Below the pieces are notes generated by a model. The model was given only the letters and a program-made list of their open reading frames with translations, ran no database searches and was not told where the DNA came from. Positions 1 through 8,920 of a DNA stretch of 52,791 nucleotides are shown here, piece after piece. Origin of the DNA: a virus (taxonomy: Duplodnaviria; Caudoviricetes). How positions within the stretch are numbered: the stretch's first letter is position 1; each line of letters begins with the position of its first letter. The stretch spans positions 1 to 52,791 of IMG/VR virus record IMGVR_UViG_3300043499_000086; one strand, given 5' to 3'. Position numbers and translations under genes: made by a program.

Positions 1-66
1 CACAAAGCGGCGGTGGTTTAAAAACGTGACCCCCTCCCCACCACCACCACCGAGAGGACGGCCATC

Positions 67-306
67 ATGGCCCGCACCACCCTGCAACACCTGTCCCTGA
101 CCAACGTCCGTGCGCTCGTCGCGCACGCCGTCAACGAGACGGACGCAGCCGCCGTGACCAAGCCCTCGGGCGCGGACTACGCGGACCGCATCGTGTCCAC
201 GCTCTACACGCAGTTGGGCGCGCACCGTCGCGCCAACCTGCTCAAGCGGATGACCGAGTGGGAGCGCGCCCACGGGGCCGCCAACCCGCACGGTGTCGGC
301 CGATGA
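67..306 (+). CDS. hypothetical protein
   Basis: 79-aa ORF with GAGAGGA RBS; stop overlaps the next start (ATGA). Confidence 0.7.
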   Translation: MARTTLQHLSLTNVRALVAHAVNETDAAAVTKPSGADYADRIVSTLYTQLGAHRRANLLKRMTEWERAHGAANPHGVGR

Positions 307-737
307 CCGCCGTCCGTCGCACGCAGGGTGACAAGCCTGTCACCCTGCGTGGGGTCAAGCGGCCCGCGTTCCCCGTCACGGTGCGGCGGGTGCCCGTCGT
401 GCCCTCGCCCGTCATGGTCACGGTGCCCGTCGCCCTCCTGCGCAAGTCCGCCGCGTGGCGGCGTGGCCTGCCCAACGAGTGGCGGGACCTGCCCGCGCCC
501 ACGCTGCACATCGCCCACGCCCATGCGGGCGGGGAGTGGGAGCGCGTCACCCGCGAGGGCGACACGCTCATCGTGCACAACCAGCCGGTCTGGTTCTGGG
601 CACGGCCCAAGCAGGGTGACAGGTCTGTCACCCGTCGCCCGCTCAAGCCGCAGTCGGGCCGCGCCATCGTGCGCGACAACCTGCTGATCCTGCGTCGCCA
701 GGGTCCGTGGTTCGCACCCAAGGCACAGGCCCGGTGA
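303..737 (+). CDS. hypothetical basic protein carrying two palindrome copies
   Basis: ATG at 303 coupled to the upstream stop; 144 aa. Confidence 0.6.
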   Translation: MTAVRRTQGDKPVTLRGVKRPAFPVTVRRVPVVPSPVMVTVPVALLRKSAAWRRGLPNEWRDLPAPTLHIAHAHAGGEWERVTREGDTLIVHNQPVWFWARPKQGDRSVTRRPLKPQSGRAIVRDNLLILRRQGPWFAPKAQAR

Positions 738-875
738 CCCCTGCCCGCCGTGTGCACCGTCGCCCGCCCCATCCCGCCTGTCGGTGGGATGGGGCGCGTG
801 GCGGGACCGGTGCCCGCTCGTGGTCCCGCCGCGCCCTGTGGCGTCATGCGTGGGCCACCCGTGCGCAAGGCTAAG

Positions 876-904
876 TTGTGCACACGGTGTGGTTCTGGCA
901 TACT
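876..904 (+). promoter_or_regulatory. SigA/HrdB-like early promoter
   Basis: TTGTGC-17 bp-CATACT, with TGG before the -10; spacer begins with the palindrome CACACGGTGTG. Confidence 0.7.
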
Positions 905-962
905 CCGTTGTGTTGGGTGACAACCATGTCACCCAACACCCGTCCCATGAAAGGGGGCCATC

Positions 963-1118
963 ATGTCCATGTCCACCGATCCCTTCGCTATCGACAGCGA
1001 GCGGTTCAACGCGCTGCTCGCGTCGATAGCGGACTGCACTGACGACTGCACCTGCGTCACCTGCACGTTCATCGACCTCATCCCCGTCGTCCTCGACGCG
1101 GAAGGGGTCGAGCCGTGA
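963..1118 (+). CDS. small Cys-rich acidic protein (51 aa)
   Basis: Translated by hand (MSMSTDPFAID...CTDDCTCVTC...); GAAAGGGG RBS; downstream of the 876 promoter. Confidence 0.6.
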   Translation: MSMSTDPFAIDSERFNALLASIADCTDDCTCVTCTFIDLIPVVLDAEGVEP

Positions 1119-1557
1119 CCGCGGCCCGCAAGCGCGGGGTCCCCAACCCCGCGCTTGCTGCTGGCCTGCGGGAGTTGCGCCAGGGGTCAAGGGCGCAGCC
1201 TCACCGTGACCGCACCCGCTACACCCGCAAGGGCAAGGCAGGGCGGTGGGCCGGGTGTCAAACCTGTCACCCGGCCCCGTGTCGTTCGACCCTGGCCCGG
1301 CCATCTACCTCGACCGGTCGGCCCCGGCCATCATCGTGCTCACGGTCCTCCTGTGGGCGTGCGTGCAGTACGGGATGCACCTCGCCCGTGCGTGGCGACG
1401 GATGCGCGACGACGACCTATGACGGCGCGGACCGGACGCGGCCCTCGCCGCCGCGACGGTCAATGAAAACGCACCCTGCCCACACCCAGCGGTCATTGAA
1501 GATGAGGGTGACAAGCATGTCACCCAACAAACCCACCACAGAGAGGCACCACCCAAC

Positions 1558-2100
1558 ATGGACCCCAACGAGGCCCACAAGGAACTGGCCCGGCTCGCCG
1601 CCCAGGTCATGAGCAATGACAGTCCACTCGACCCGCAGGAGCAGATGGAGTTCGCTGCTCACTTCCAGGCGCTTGACGACTGGATCAAGAGCGGTGGCTT
1701 CCCGCCCCACGCCTGGACCACCCGCAAGACCTACGTCGTCGCGGTCTCCGCGGACCCGGAACTGGCGGACCACCTGAGCAACTACGGCCAGGGTGACAAG
1801 CCTGTCACCGGGGGCATGGACATCGCCTACTGCCTCCGCCTCGCGGAGCGCATCGCCAGTGACCAGGGCTCGGGCATCGTGACCGTCCAGTACGCCGAGT
1901 TGTATAACGCGGTCGAGTTCCTCGACCGCCTCAAGGGCTACGAGTGGACCGTCGAACTGCACCCGGCCTACGACCAGATCGTGGCCGAGTTGGCGGTGCG
2001 TGACCACGCCGCTGCGCTCGACCACCCGCAGCACCGCAAGCCGGAGCGCCCCGACCTGGCGGGCAACTGGTTCGACCACGTCGAGCAGGGCGGTGCGTGA
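1558..2100 (+). CDS. hypothetical protein
   Basis: 180-aa ORF preceded by the palindrome and CCACCACAGAGAGG. Confidence 0.75.
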   Translation: MDPNEAHKELARLAAQVMSNDSPLDPQEQMEFAAHFQALDDWIKSGGFPPHAWTTRKTYVVAVSADPELADHLSNYGQGDKPVTGGMDIAYCLRLAERIASDQGSGIVTVQYAELYNAVEFLDRLKGYEWTVELHPAYDQIVAELAVRDHAAALDHPQHRKPERPDLAGNWFDHVEQGGA

Positions 2101-2276
2101 TGGACAACATCACCTTCGCCCACGTCATCCGCGCAGCCTCCGAGTTGGTGTCCGACGAGGGCGAGAACGAGGAGTACGACCGCGCCATTGTCGAACTCAC
2201 CTGCGATCTGCTGTCCATCAGCACCGAGTCCAGGGACGCCGTGCTCCCGTTCCTGCGGGCGCTGCGACCGCACTGA
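2100..2276 (+). CDS. hypothetical protein (58 aa)
   Basis: Translated by hand (MDNITFAHVIR...); TGATG coupling to the upstream gene. Confidence 0.6.
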   Translation: MDNITFAHVIRAASELVSDEGENEEYDRAIVELTCDLLSISTESRDAVLPFLRALRPH

Positions 2277-2361
2277 GCGGTCAATCAACTTCCCCGGTTC
2301 CAGCCGGGGCAGCAGGGTGACAAACATGTCACCCGGTGAACCACCACAGAGAGGGACAACC

Positions 2362-2721
2362 ATGTCCGATAGCACCACCACCATCACCGAGCGGGCAGCC
2401 GAGATGGGCAGGGAGCGCGGCAAGACCGCGGCGTCCTGGGCCTTCGACGGGAACACCGAGATGTCCCTGTACCGACAGGTCGTGGAGATGTACGAGACCG
2501 GCGACCCGGCCTTGCACGACCTCATCCCGTCCCCGTCCTGGCTGAGCGGGGAGCACTCCGACTCACCCACCCCGGACACCCTCCGGGCTGTCCTCGAAGT
2601 CCCTGACGGCGAGTGGGACATGGTCGCGGACGAGGTCTGCACGGCCTACGAGGAGGCGGCCGACGAGGCGTTCACCCTCGACGTGTGGACTACGGCGCAG
2701 GCCCACGTCAAGGGCGAGTGA
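2362..2721 (+). CDS. hypothetical acidic protein
   Basis: ATG after the palindrome and CCACCACAGAGAGGG. Confidence 0.7.
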   Translation: MSDSTTTITERAAEMGRERGKTAASWAFDGNTEMSLYRQVVEMYETGDPALHDLIPSPSWLSGEHSDSPTPDTLRAVLEVPDGEWDMVADEVCTAYEEAADEAFTLDVWTTAQAHVKGE

Positions 2722-2987
2722 CCCCGCTCGAACCCCTCGACCCCGGCGTGTCGTGGCAGATCAACCGGGACCGGGAGGTGTCCCGCCGTCACGTCCGTCG
2801 CCTGCTCGCCAGACACCGGCCGCAGGACGCGGTCATTGAACGCAGCCTCATCCAGGATGCGCCCCCGCAAGATGCAGACCCACCCCCTGAGGCAAGCAAG
2901 AAGCCCAGGGGGTGGGCCTGGGTGACAAGCATGTCACCCAGGATCAGGACATGGGTCCGACCGAAGTAACTGCGGTGCCGCAGTTTC

Positions 2988-3011
2988 CAACTGCGGCATT
3001 TGCCGCAGTTG
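2988..3011. repeat. Second palindrome CAACTGCGGCA-N2-TGCCGCAGTT(G); copies at 2988, 19764, 39416
   Basis: Read directly; partial copies at 2968-2985 and 3010-3018 flank the first copy. Confidence 0.85.
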
Positions 3012-3045
3012 CCGCAGTACCCACTACCACTGGAAATGTGCTGAC

Positions 3046-3074
3046 TTGTGCACACGGTGTGGTTGTGGTAGTAT
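3046..3074 (+). promoter_or_regulatory. SigA/HrdB-like early promoter
   Basis: TTGTGC-17 bp-TAGTAT, TGG before the -10, same CACACGGTGTG spacer as at 876. Confidence 0.75.
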
Positions 3075-3160
3075 GTATTCATCAGTCAGAGAACCGTCTC
3101 AAGGCTGAACCACCACCGAGGGTGACAACCATGTCACCCTCACCCCGAGAGGAAACGAGC

Positions 3161-3877
3161 ATGACCAGCACCACCGTCGCCAAGGCGACCAGCACCCCCA
3201 AGGCCCCCGTCAAGCGGGCCGCCACCAAGCAGGTCACCCCGCTGACCTACAACCCCGGCAAGGTCGCCCGTCCGGCGTCCACCGGGGACGAGCGCAAGCG
3301 GGAGGCGCAGGACGCCGTGCCCCCGTCGATGGAGGGCGGCAACGCCACCCTCATCAACGCCTTCCTGGAGCCGCGCTTCCTGTGGTTCTTCGAGGCCGAG
3401 TTCCAGGGCGAGCACATCGTCTGGGGCGCGACCCACGACCGCACCCTCGGTGACCCGAAGACCGTCTCCGAGGCGGTCCAGCGGGCCACCCACACGGGCC
3501 GCGGTGCGAGCACCGCGCTCGCCAAGCGGGACCTCATGGCCGGGATGGTGGCGGCGGACCGCCAACTCCAGACCGCGTTCAAGAAGCCGCCCGTCCCCCG
3601 CAAGACGGCCACGTCCAAGGGCGCGGCCTCGCAGGTCAAGCCCGGCGAGGGCACCAAGGCCACCAAGCCGCCCACCAAGGCGGAGGCCAAGCGGGCGGAG
3701 AAGGCCCAGGCCACGGCCGAGGCCAACCCCGTGGGCAAGGCGGACGTGGACGCGGAGATCGCGGCCACCATCGCGGAACTCAAGGGCGAGACCCCCGTGG
3801 TCGAGACCCCGAAGCCGAAGCCCCCGCGCAAGCAGGCGGCCAAGGCCACCCAGACCGAGGCCCCGGCCGCGGTCTGA
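3161..3877 (+). CDS. Lys/Ala/Pro/Thr-rich protein with histone-like tails
   Basis: GAGAGGA RBS; low-complexity K/A/T/P termini around a globular core. Confidence 0.75.
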   Translation: MTSTTVAKATSTPKAPVKRAATKQVTPLTYNPGKVARPASTGDERKREAQDAVPPSMEGGNATLINAFLEPRFLWFFEAEFQGEHIVWGATHDRTLGDPKTVSEAVQRATHTGRGASTALAKRDLMAGMVAADRQLQTAFKKPPVPRKTATSKGAASQVKPGEGTKATKPPTKAEAKRAEKAQATAEANPVGKADVDAEIAATIAELKGETPVVETPKPKPPRKQAAKATQTEAPAAV

Positions 3878-3948
3878 CCCAACCCACGAAAGGCGGGGTG
3901 ACAACCATGTCACCCCGCCTTTCGGCGTCTCTCGACAGGAGCAGAGAA

Positions 3949-4176
3949 ATGCAGAAGCGCACCGAGGATCGGTACCGCCAGTACGAGACCAACTTCTACG
4001 CAGCGTGCCCGTCGTGCCGCGCCGAGTGGAAGTGGTGCGAGTCCGCCCTCGCCTGGCAGGCGACGCACACCAACGCCTGCCGCTACATCCCGTGGTGGAA
4101 GGCGGAGCAGGTGCGTCGGGAGGCGGAGGCCACCGTCTCCCCTAAGGTGCCCGCGCTGGAAGGGGCAGCCGCATGA
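3949..4176 (+). CDS. hypothetical protein, CxxC...H/C possible zinc binding
   Basis: ORF with AGGAG RBS. Confidence 0.6.
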   Translation: MQKRTEDRYRQYETNFYAACPSCRAEWKWCESALAWQATHTNACRYIPWWKAEQVRREAEATVSPKVPALEGAAA

Positions 4177-4418
4177 CCCGCTGGATGGCGGTGCCCTTCA
4201 TCGCCGGGCACTTCGACCAGGCCCCCGACGCCATCCTCGAAGGCGACCACAAGACCGAGGCCGGGCGCGTGAACTACATCAAGAGCCACGGCAAGCCGGG
4301 CGTGGAGTATGCGGTCGCGCTGCTCTGGCCCACCGGGCAAGGCTGGGTTCCAGCCCCCACCGTCACAGTCCCATCTCCCACCACCACCCAGGGTGACAAA
4401 CCTGTCACCCGGAAATGA
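4173..4418 (+). CDS. hypothetical protein
   Basis: ATGA overlap with the upstream ORF. Confidence 0.6.
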   Translation: MTRWMAVPFIAGHFDQAPDAILEGDHKTEAGRVNYIKSHGKPGVEYAVALLWPTGQGWVPAPTVTVPSPTTTQGDKPVTRK

Positions 4419-4427
4419 GAGGAAGTC

Positions 4428-5015
4428 ATGAGCACCACACACCCCACCAGCCTGCGGACCCACGCGGACTGGGTTGCCTGGATCAAGAAGGGGCGCAGCG
4501 GATGCGACCGCCCCATCGGCAGCAACAGCCGAGCCCGCATCGACGGTGCGGGCGACGTGGCGTTGCGCTACTACGACACCGACGTTGTCATCTACGGCGC
4601 GGACGGCACGCTGACCATCGCCCACGAGGGCTGGGTCACGGCGCGCACCTTCCAGTTCATCGACCGCTTCGCCCCCGGCCGCCACTTCCGCAGCAAGGGC
4701 CGCGTGTTCTCCTGGCTGACCAACGGCAAAACCGAGCCGAAGGTGTGGAAGTGCCGCACCTGCAAGGGCGAGGGCCGGGGCCACCGGACCTACCTGTCGG
4801 CCTGGGACTACGAGACCCATGAGCGCATCGACCCGCCCGTGCGGGTCACCGATGAGTGGGAGTGCTACCGGTGCGAGGGCACCGGCCGTGCGGACTACGG
4901 CAGCAAGCCGCTGTACCTGCGCTGGGACCTGCCGTTCATGACGTTCGACCTGAACGACAACGACCCCAAGGCCCTCGTCCCGACCGCCGCTCACACCTGG
5001 GCGGTGGCGGCATGA
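4428..5015 (+). CDS. hypothetical protein with CxxCxGxG zinc-ribbon pair
   Basis: CRTCKGEG and CYRCEGTG motifs; GAGAGGA RBS. Confidence 0.75.
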   Translation: MSTTHPTSLRTHADWVAWIKKGRSGCDRPIGSNSRARIDGAGDVALRYYDTDVVIYGADGTLTIAHEGWVTARTFQFIDRFAPGRHFRSKGRVFSWLTNGKTEPKVWKCRTCKGEGRGHRTYLSAWDYETHERIDPPVRVTDEWECYRCEGTGRADYGSKPLYLRWDLPFMTFDLNDNDPKALVPTAAHTWAVAA

Positions 5016-5314
5016 CCGACGACCAGGGTGACAAGCCTGTCACCCATCCGATGTGGACCGTGGGCGCGCTGCTCTCGAACATGGCCGCCCTCCAGGCCGA
5101 GGACGAGGTCGAGACTGACCTCGTCTCCGTGGTCGTGGACGCGCTGCCCATGTGTGACATCCACAAGTACGACCTCGGGCAGCCGGACGTGCCCGCCACC
5201 TACGACGGCAAGACCAAGCGCGGCCCGTGGGCGTACATGTGCGGCGAGTGCTTCGACGCCAAGGGTGTCGGCCTCGGGACCGGCCTCGGCCAACGGCTGG
5301 AGGTCCGATCATGA
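5012..5314 (+). CDS. phage hypothetical protein (YDGKT..GPWAYMC..CF...G.GLG.G.GQ motif)
   Basis: Motif familiar from other phage small proteins; ATGA coupling. Confidence 0.7.
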   Translation: MTDDQGDKPVTHPMWTVGALLSNMAALQAEDEVETDLVSVVVDALPMCDIHKYDLGQPDVPATYDGKTKRGPWAYMCGECFDAKGVGLGTGLGQRLEVRS

Positions 5315-5538
5315 GGATCACGCTGCCGCTGGAGATGCTCCAGGTCATGATCGAGGGCGCGGAGCAGGTGCAGGGTGCGGCCAACGGCTTCGGTGAGTTG
5401 CTCACCTGCACCATCCGCGTGGCACCAGAGCAGGAGGGCGACCCCGCCCTCCTGCTCTCGTATGCGCGCGACCGTCGTGACTGGACCATCGAGTTCCCGC
5501 TGAACGAGAACGTGGGTGACAAGAATGTCACCCCGTAA
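5311..5538 (+). CDS. hypothetical protein
   Basis: ATGA coupling within the operon. Confidence 0.55.
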   Translation: MRITLPLEMLQVMIEGAEQVQGAANGFGELLTCTIRVAPEQEGDPALLLSYARDRRDWTIEFPLNENVGDKNVTP

Positions 5539-5569
5539 GACCCGACGAACCGCCCGAGAGAGGAACGCC

Positions 5570-5764
5570 ATGACCACACCCGCCCCCGAACCGACGACCG
5601 TGGTGAAGCGGCACGCGCTTCGCCGGGTCACGTTGCTGCGTGACCTGATGCACGAGTTGCAAGACGAAATCCTGGAGGACCCGGAGCGGCCTGCCCGCGG
5701 GAACCCGTTGCTCGACCAGTTCGAGAACGTCTCGCGGTCCTACCTGGCGGCGGCGTCCCGATGA
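5570..5764 (+). CDS. hypothetical protein
   Basis: GAGAGGA RBS. Confidence 0.55.
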   Translation: MTTPAPEPTTVVKRHALRRVTLLRDLMHELQDEILEDPERPARGNPLLDQFENVSRSYLAAASR

Positions 5765-5943
5765 GCCACGTCGCCGCGGACCCGACCAACCCGGAGTACC
5801 ACATCTGCCCGGAGCGGCGAGGCGCGCACCACCACCTCGCCATCTCCGGCCCGATGCACCACCGCATCCTGCGCTGCGCCCACTGTGGCAAGGCGGAGTC
5901 CACGTTGCGTGCGGAGATCACTCAGAAGGGACGGAAGCGATGA
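5761..5943 (+). CDS. small Cys/His-rich protein
   Basis: ATGA coupling; CxxC. Confidence 0.5.
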   Translation: MSHVAADPTNPEYHICPERRGAHHHLAISGPMHHRILRCAHCGKAESTLRAEITQKGRKR

Positions 5944-6278
5944 GCGCGGTCCGCAGGCTGCGGCCGGTGGTCGCAGCCGAGACGGTGGCCGAGCAACTCC
6001 CGGCCCCCTACCTGGAGTGCCGGGACATGGGCCACCAGTGGGTCCATCGGACGGCGCATTGGGACGGGGCGCTGGCCTGCTACGTCGAGACGGTGGAGTG
6101 CCTGCGCTGCACCGCGGAGCGGGACCGGCACATGGGTCGTGACGGGTACCTCTCGTCCGCGACCCGCAACTCGTACCGCTACCCGGAGGGCTACCTCATC
6201 AGCACGGAGGAGGCGAACCTCATCAACAAGGAAGGGCGGGCCGCGGTCCGTCGTGCCCGGATCAGCAGTTGGCGGTGA
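5940..6278 (+). CDS. hypothetical protein (C..GH.W...CLRC)
   Basis: Coupled ORF; its stop codon is the TGA inside a palindrome copy. Confidence 0.65.
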   Translation: MSAVRRLRPVVAAETVAEQLPAPYLECRDMGHQWVHRTAHWDGALACYVETVECLRCTAERDRHMGRDGYLSSATRNSYRYPEGYLISTEEANLINKEGRAAVRRARISSWR

Positions 6279-6315
6279 CAACCTTGTCACCCTCCCACCA
6301 CAGAGAGGAAGCACC

Positions 6316-6534
6316 GTGAAAAGCACCACCATCCACACCGCGACGCTGACGTTCCAGCACCGCGAGCAGTTCCGGGACACCTACACCGAGGTTGACCGGC
6401 GAGGGGCGTTCTTCCACTACTCGGAGGCGATCTTCGTCAAGGTCCCGCACGGGGTGACGCGAGGCTGGCGCAACAGCCGGAACTGGCCGTTCGGTCGCAA
6501 GATCAAGGTCACCGTGGAGGTGGTCGGGAAGTGA
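6316..6534 (+). CDS. hypothetical protein
   Basis: GTG after CCACCACAGAGAGGA. Confidence 0.6.
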   Translation: MKSTTIHTATLTFQHREQFRDTYTEVDRRGAFFHYSEAIFVKVPHGVTRGWRNSRNWPFGRKIKVTVEVVGK

Positions 6535-6697
6535 AGCGATACCGCCTGACCTACCAGCCCGCCCCCGGTTGGGACGAGATGGTCTGGGAGCGGACTGCCG
6601 AGGAACTGCTGGTGCCTAACGGCGACGTACCGCTGATCGTCTGGATGTACCAGACCGCAGCGGAGCGAGGGCTGCCGATCAAGTTGGAGGAGGTGAC

Positions 6698-7000
6698 ATG
6701 ACTGAGATGTGCGGTGCGATCTACCGGCGAGACCAGGCGCACGTTATCCAATGCACCTTCATCAAGGGGCACGAGTCCAAGTCCAACCACTCGTGGTTCG
6801 CACTACAGATTCAGGACCAGGTAGACGCAGAGGCACGAACGGTCGAGGTGAACCTGCCGATGCAGGTCCCCAAGAGCGTCGTGCCTCTGGTCGAGATCAT
6901 CACCTCAGGTGGGTTGGACGCCCACCTGGAGGTGATTCTGGCGGCGTGCCACGGACGAAAGCGAGCACGGCACGCCACCAGGAGAGGAGAAGGGCGATGA
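6698..7000 (+). CDS. hypothetical protein
   Basis: GGAGG RBS; 100 aa. Confidence 0.55.
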   Translation: MTEMCGAIYRRDQAHVIQCTFIKGHESKSNHSWFALQIQDQVDAEARTVEVNLPMQVPKSVVPLVEIITSGGLDAHLEVILAACHGRKRARHATRRGEGR

Positions 7001-7002
7001 AC

Positions 7003-7692
7003 CTAGACGACGGGGGCGGGCTCGGGATTGCCTCCGGTGTTGGGGTCCTCCGGCTTGCCGAGTCCGGCGTCGGAGGGGAGCCAGGTCCAGGTGGCCTGGT
7101 CGTTGTAGATGACGGCGACCCATTCTCCGTCACCAGTCGGAGCGCCCTCGGGCTCGTCGGGGAGGTTGTACGCCTTGGGGGCAGCGAACTCCGGGAGTCC
7201 CTGTCCGGGGCGGACCGGAGCCCAGGGGAGGTCGTTGTCCGGTCGGTCACCGACGCCGGGGAGACCCTGGTCGGGACGATTGGGACCCCAGGGGAGGTCC
7301 TGGTCGGGGCGTCCATAACCGGGGAGACCCTGGTCCGGGTGCCCGTAGCCGGGGAGACCCTGATCGGGACGACCGCCGCTGCCGGGAAGTCCCTGGTCGG
7401 GGCGTCCACCCCAGCCACCACCGGGGAGGCCCTGGTCCGGGCGTCCACCCGAACCCGGAAGGCCCTGGTCCGGACGGCCATAGCCGGGCAGGCCCTGGTC
7501 CGGTCGGTTCGGGCGACCCGGAAGTCCCTGGTCCGGGTGACCGTAGCCGGGAAGTCCCTGGTCCGGTCGTCCGTAGCCGGGGAGGCCCTGGTCAGGTCGG
7601 CCGCCGATGGGGCGACCGTAGCCGGGGTCAACCGGACCCTGGTCCTCGCCCTCGTCTACCCAGGCGCGGACCGTGACGTAACGAAAACCCAT
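7003..7692 (-). CDS. Gly/Pro-rich repeat protein (13 x PDQGLP-like)
   Basis: ATG at 7692 with GAGAGGA RBS; tandem ~10-12 aa repeats. Confidence 0.8.
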   Translation of the reverse strand: MGFRYVTVRAWVDEGEDQGPVDPGYGRPIGGRPDQGLPGYGRPDQGLPGYGHPDQGLPGRPNRPDQGLPGYGRPDQGLPGSGGRPDQGLPGGGWGGRPDQGLPGSGGRPDQGLPGYGHPDQGLPGYGRPDQDLPWGPNRPDQGLPGVGDRPDNDLPWAPVRPGQGLPEFAAPKAYNLPDEPEGAPTGDGEWVAVIYNDQATWTWLPSDAGLGKPEDPNTGGNPEPAPVV

Positions 7693-7757
7693 GAGCGTTC
7701 CTCTCAATCAGCATGGTTGGTGCAGCCCAGAGTAGCGGCCCGGCCATGCTTGGGGCG

Positions 7758-8145
7758 GTGACCATAGATGACGGAGAAACCATCCAATGGCTCGTCGTCA
7801 TCCTCGTCGTCGCCGCCCTCGGGTGGCAGACCGGACGACTCCTCATTGAAGCCACCGTCCGATTCTTCTGGCGGTTCGGGTACCGGGGTCGTCATCGCCA
7901 TCCGCAGGTGGCCCTTCCTCCTGGCTTGGGCAGCGACGGGCGGCCTTGGCTTCGCGGTTGGCGCATGGGTCAGTTCACTCGACCGCCCTGGCTGGGTGAA
8001 GGTGGTCGCCATCGGCTTCGCAGCGGTCAGCATCGGCACGGCCAGCGCCCGCTTCCGGGCCTGGCTGTTCCGCCGAGAGGTGCGCCGGGTGGTTCGACGG
8101 GCGGCGCGAAAGGCCCGCGAGATGGGTGACAAGGATGTCACCTAG
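7758..8145 (+). pseudogene. membrane protein apparently split by a 1-nt frameshift
   Basis: One hydrophobic helix in one frame and two more in another frame, switching near a G-run at about 7885. Confidence 0.35.
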
Positions 8146-8167
8146 CCGTAGCGCAGGGTGTGCCCTC

Positions 8168-8196
8168 TTGTGCACACGGTGTGCCTATGGTAAGAT
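8168..8196 (+). promoter_or_regulatory. SigA/HrdB-like early promoter
   Basis: TTGTGC-17 bp-TAAGAT, TGG before the -10, CACACGGTGTG spacer. Confidence 0.75.
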
Positions 8197-8287
8197 GTAG
8201 TTATTGGGTTGAGGACTGCCCAGATTCAGCCCACATTCCGGGGTGACAAACGTGTCACCCCGTCCCACCACAGAGAGGAAGATCGGC

Positions 8288-8920
8288 ATGAGCATTGCCG
8301 AGCAGGAAGTAGCGGAGGTCGAGACCGTCCCGGACACCCCGGAGGTCGAGACCGTGGACCTGCATGTACTGGTGGCGGAGATCATCGCCACCAACGAGCG
8401 GGCCGCGGAGGCGGAGGCCGTGCTGGAGGCGGAGAGGACCACCGTCCGGGCCTGGTATCACACGTTCGTCAAGGACTCGTGGGAGTACGCGGACCAGGCG
8501 CAGCACTGTCCCACCTGGGAGACGTGCGCCCGTGAGGCGGGCATCCCCGGACGCCCCGCCAACCGGGAGGTGCAGGTGCGGGGCAGCGTCATCACCCCGT
8601 TCACGGTCAGCAACATCATCCGCAAGATGGGGGTGAGCGAGGCGATGGCCGAGGCCATGTACGCCGGGCTGTCCGAGGACCAGCGGGTCACCACCGCCAA
8701 CCACACCTGGAACCTGACGGTCACCCGGAAGGACATCGTCCCCCCGGACTGGGACCCGCTGGACAAAAAGTCCTTCAAGGCCGGGTGCATCTGCCCGGCC
8801 GGACGCGAGGCGTTCATCGCCTACGCGAAGCGCAACTACGGCCAGGACGTGCAACTGGCTGACATCAGTGTCGTGAACGGCTGCTCGGCCACGACCCATA
8901 TCCCGCAGGAGGAGAAGTGA
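8288..8920 (+). CDS. hypothetical protein
   Basis: Follows promoter, palindrome and CCACCACAGAGAGGA. Confidence 0.75.
   Translation: MSIAEQEVAEVETVPDTPEVETVDLHVLVAEIIATNERAAEAEAVLEAERTTVRAWYHTFVKDSWEYADQAQHCPTWETCAREAGIPGRPANREVQVRGSVITPFTVSNIIRKMGVSEAMAEAMYAGLSEDQRVTTANHTWNLTVTRKDIVPPDWDPLDKKSFKAGCICPAGREAFIAYAKRNYGQDVQLADISVVNGCSATTHIPQEEK

Noticed and set aside
915-934. Palindrome as a host CRP or Rex box
   Set aside because: CRP is TGTGA-N6-TCACA and Rex is TTGTGAA-N4-TTCACAA. The spacing here is GTGA-N8-TCAC and the invariant bases differ.
1115-1612. 165-aa ORF as a single gene
   Set aside because: Only the first ~45 residues (LRELRQGSRAQPHRDRTRYTRK) look like a real phage peptide. 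The rest is low quality and overlaps the next gene, so boundaries could not be supported.
326-1810. Regularly spaced palindromes plus a Cas4-like gene read as a CRISPR system
   Set aside because: Spacing of 250-340 bp spans coding sequence, the repeat centre varies, no cas1/cas2 is present, and solo Cas4-like nucleases are common phage recombination exonucleases.
6709-7761. 350-aa + strand ORF with GETLV/GKSLV repeats
   Set aside because: It is the mirror of the PDQGLP repeat gene, which has the RBS and typical codon usage.
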